A stretch of 63,780 bases of DNA, the filler included, from Octopus bimaculoides (lineage: Eukaryota): the NCBI RefSeq assembly GCF_001194135.2. It is 6 parts of 6 records of this genome, joined end to end, with 100 filler letters (N's around TTAATTAATTAA, not from the genome) between each part and the next. Parts side by side here need not be neighbours in the genome. Positions count along the whole stretch, not along the records: positions 60,321 to 62,311 come from NW_026393753.1; positions 62,412 to 63,780 come from NW_026367582.1; 4 more parts are not named here. One strand, 5' to 3'. The notes beneath the pieces were generated by a model that did no database searches, was not told the origin of the DNA, and saw only the letters and a list, made by a program, of their open reading frames with translations. Shown one piece after another: positions 61,700-63,780 of the stretch. Within the stretch, counting starts at the first letter, position 1. The number at the start of each line of letters is the position of its first letter. The translations under genes and the position numbers were made by a program.

Positions 61700-62311
61700 G
61701 AAGAGGCCTGTCAGTTCTTAGAAGATGAAGAAGAACGGCATGTGCATGGGAGGAAGGGTTTCTTTCTAATATGAGCCTTAGAGAGGGAGCAGCTATCCTA
61801 GTGGACAGTAATATATGATAGATGGGTGAAAGATATAAAAACAAGCATAGCCCCTTGTACATCAGGAATTACTGCTGGGATGCTTTAGAAATGTGGTGGA
61901 ATAGGATACGGTCATGTTAATAATAAATCAGGTTATAGATGAAGATATCATCCACAATGACTTGTACAGCAGCATTATAGTTATCTGTTAGAAGGCTAGA
62001 GGAGATGCCTTAGACATACTTATGGAGTTATAAGTTGCTGGATAAGTTACAGAAAGTCATGGATGGAGTTATAGCCGATTCAATTAGAAATCACCGATTT
62101 TCTGAGAAAATGTCTTCCTGTTAGTATCTTCTTAGTCAAACAACTGCAAGAAAATTAAGTGTCAACCACTGTACTTGGCATTCGTTGATCTGGAGGAAGC
62201 ACTTGAGAAATTCCTTTGGTGTATCATCTGGTGGTGTGTGAGGAAAATTGAGGAAGAGAAATGATTTGCATAGAAATCATGAGGAATTGCATACAATGTA
62301 CTAGTCAACAT
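61700..62311 (+). mobile_element. Decayed RTE-clade RT fragment
   Basis: ..QLQEN..PLYLAFVDLEEA...IWWCVRK resembles the RT FVDLEKAFD motif. Many stops. Confidence 0.6.
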
Positions 62312-62411
62312 NNNNNNNNNNNNNNNNNNNNNNNNNNNNNNNNNNNNNNNNNNNNTTAATTAATTAANNNNNNNNNNNNNNNNNNNNNNNNNNNNNNNNN
62401 NNNNNNNNNNN
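62312..62411. other. Artificial scaffold-joining spacer
   Basis: 44 N + TTAATTAATTAA (62356-62367) + 44 N. Confidence 0.95.
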
Positions 62412-63780
62412 TTATATATACATGTATATATACATATATGTATACATATATATGTATGCATAAATATATACATATATATATATGTATATATACTTATGTA
62501 TGCATATATATGTATACATACGTATATACACATTTATGTATGCATATGTATATATTTATATAAATAAGGATAAGATCGATATTTACATATGCATAAATAT
62601 GTATGTATATATACATATATGTATGTATACATATGGATATATACATATATATGTATTTATATGTATATATATGTATCTATATGTATGTATATATACATAT
62701 ATCTCTACATGTGAATATATACATACGTATATATACATATATATATATCTATATACATGTATGCATATGTATATATACATGTTTACATATGTATATATAT
62801 ATATATATATATNNNNNNNNNNATATATATATATATATATATAGATGTATAGATATATATATTGATGTATACATATGTATATATATAGATGTATACATAT
62901 GTACATATATATATATATATACATATATATATAGATGTATGCATATGTATATACACATACATATATGTAAATATGTGTATGCACATATATATGTAAATAT
63001 GTATATATACATAGACATATGTAAATATGTACATATATATATATATGTAAATATGTATATATACATATACGTATGCATATGCATATATACATATGTATAT
63101 ACATATACATACGTGTATATATATATACATATGTATATAAACATCCATGCTAGCATGGAAAGTGCTCGTTAAACGATGATGATGATATGTATATATATAT
63201 TTGTAAATATGTATATGCACATATATATTTGAATATGTATATACATATATATGTAAATATATATATATATATACATATATGTAAATACGTATATATACAT
63301 ATATATATATATATGTAAATATGTATGTATACATGTAAACATGCATTTATACATATATGTATGCATAATTATTTATACATATATGTATGTATATGTATAT
63401 ATACATATATGTATGTATATGTANNNNNNNNNNTATGTATATATACATATATGTATGTATATGTATATATACATATATGTATGCATATGCATATATGCAT
63501 ATGTCTATAAACATGTATATATGCATTTATATATGTATATATATACATATATATACGTGTATATAAATATACATGTATAAATGTGTATATAAATATACAT
63601 GTATATGTATGTATATATATATATGTAAATATGTATATATATATGTATGTATATTTCATGTGTGTATAGATGTATATAAATATGTATGTATATATGTGTG
63701 TATGGATGTATATATGTATGTGTATATATGTATGTGTATGTATATATGTGTATATATATGTGTATATATATGTATATATA
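62412..63780. repeat. Degenerate (TA)n/(TATG)n/(TACA)n low-complexity segment with a ~40-bp SINE D tail at ~63145-63185
   Basis: Almost entirely TA-rich microsatellite, with CATCCATGCTAGCATGGAAAGTGCTCGTTAAACGATGATG embedded. Confidence 0.9.

Overview
Repeat-dense eukaryotic DNA, most likely Octopus or another coleoid cephalopod (inferred from the SINE/LINE content, microsatellite load and C2H2 zinc-finger gene). The window is not one locus. Five identical 100-bp spacers (44 N + TTAATTAATTAA + 44 N) split it into six unrelated segments: 1-12630, 12731-40384, 40485-55225, 55326-60220, 60321-62311 and 62412-63780. Segment 2 holds a complete 7-exon COQ5 gene (+, about 320 aa), a tRNA-Gly(TCC) (-) and an SRSF1/SRSF9-family gene (+) with four clear coding exons but no ATG at the expected position. 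Segment 5 holds a C2H2 zinc-finger array whose 3' end is frameshifted. The rest is SINEs (four recurrent families, labelled A-D here), decayed RTE, CR1 and R4/Dong LINE fragments, MITEs, microsatellites and N gaps. The main leads are: (1) three diverged ~200-bp elements inserted in (TA)n tracts, each carrying a minimal type I hammerhead ribozyme motif with co-varying stems, one with an intact core; (2) a fold-back MITE with a perfect 54-bp inverted repeat around a telomeric TAACCC core; (3) COQ5-SRSF linkage matching, from memory, human 12q24.31; (4) the unresolved SRSF start; (5) an internally inverted RTE copy just upstream of COQ5. Everything was read by eye. Exon, tRNA and ribozyme coordinates were counted base by base; repeat boundaries are approximate (+/- 10-30 bp). 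Repeat-family names are from memory and were not database-checked.
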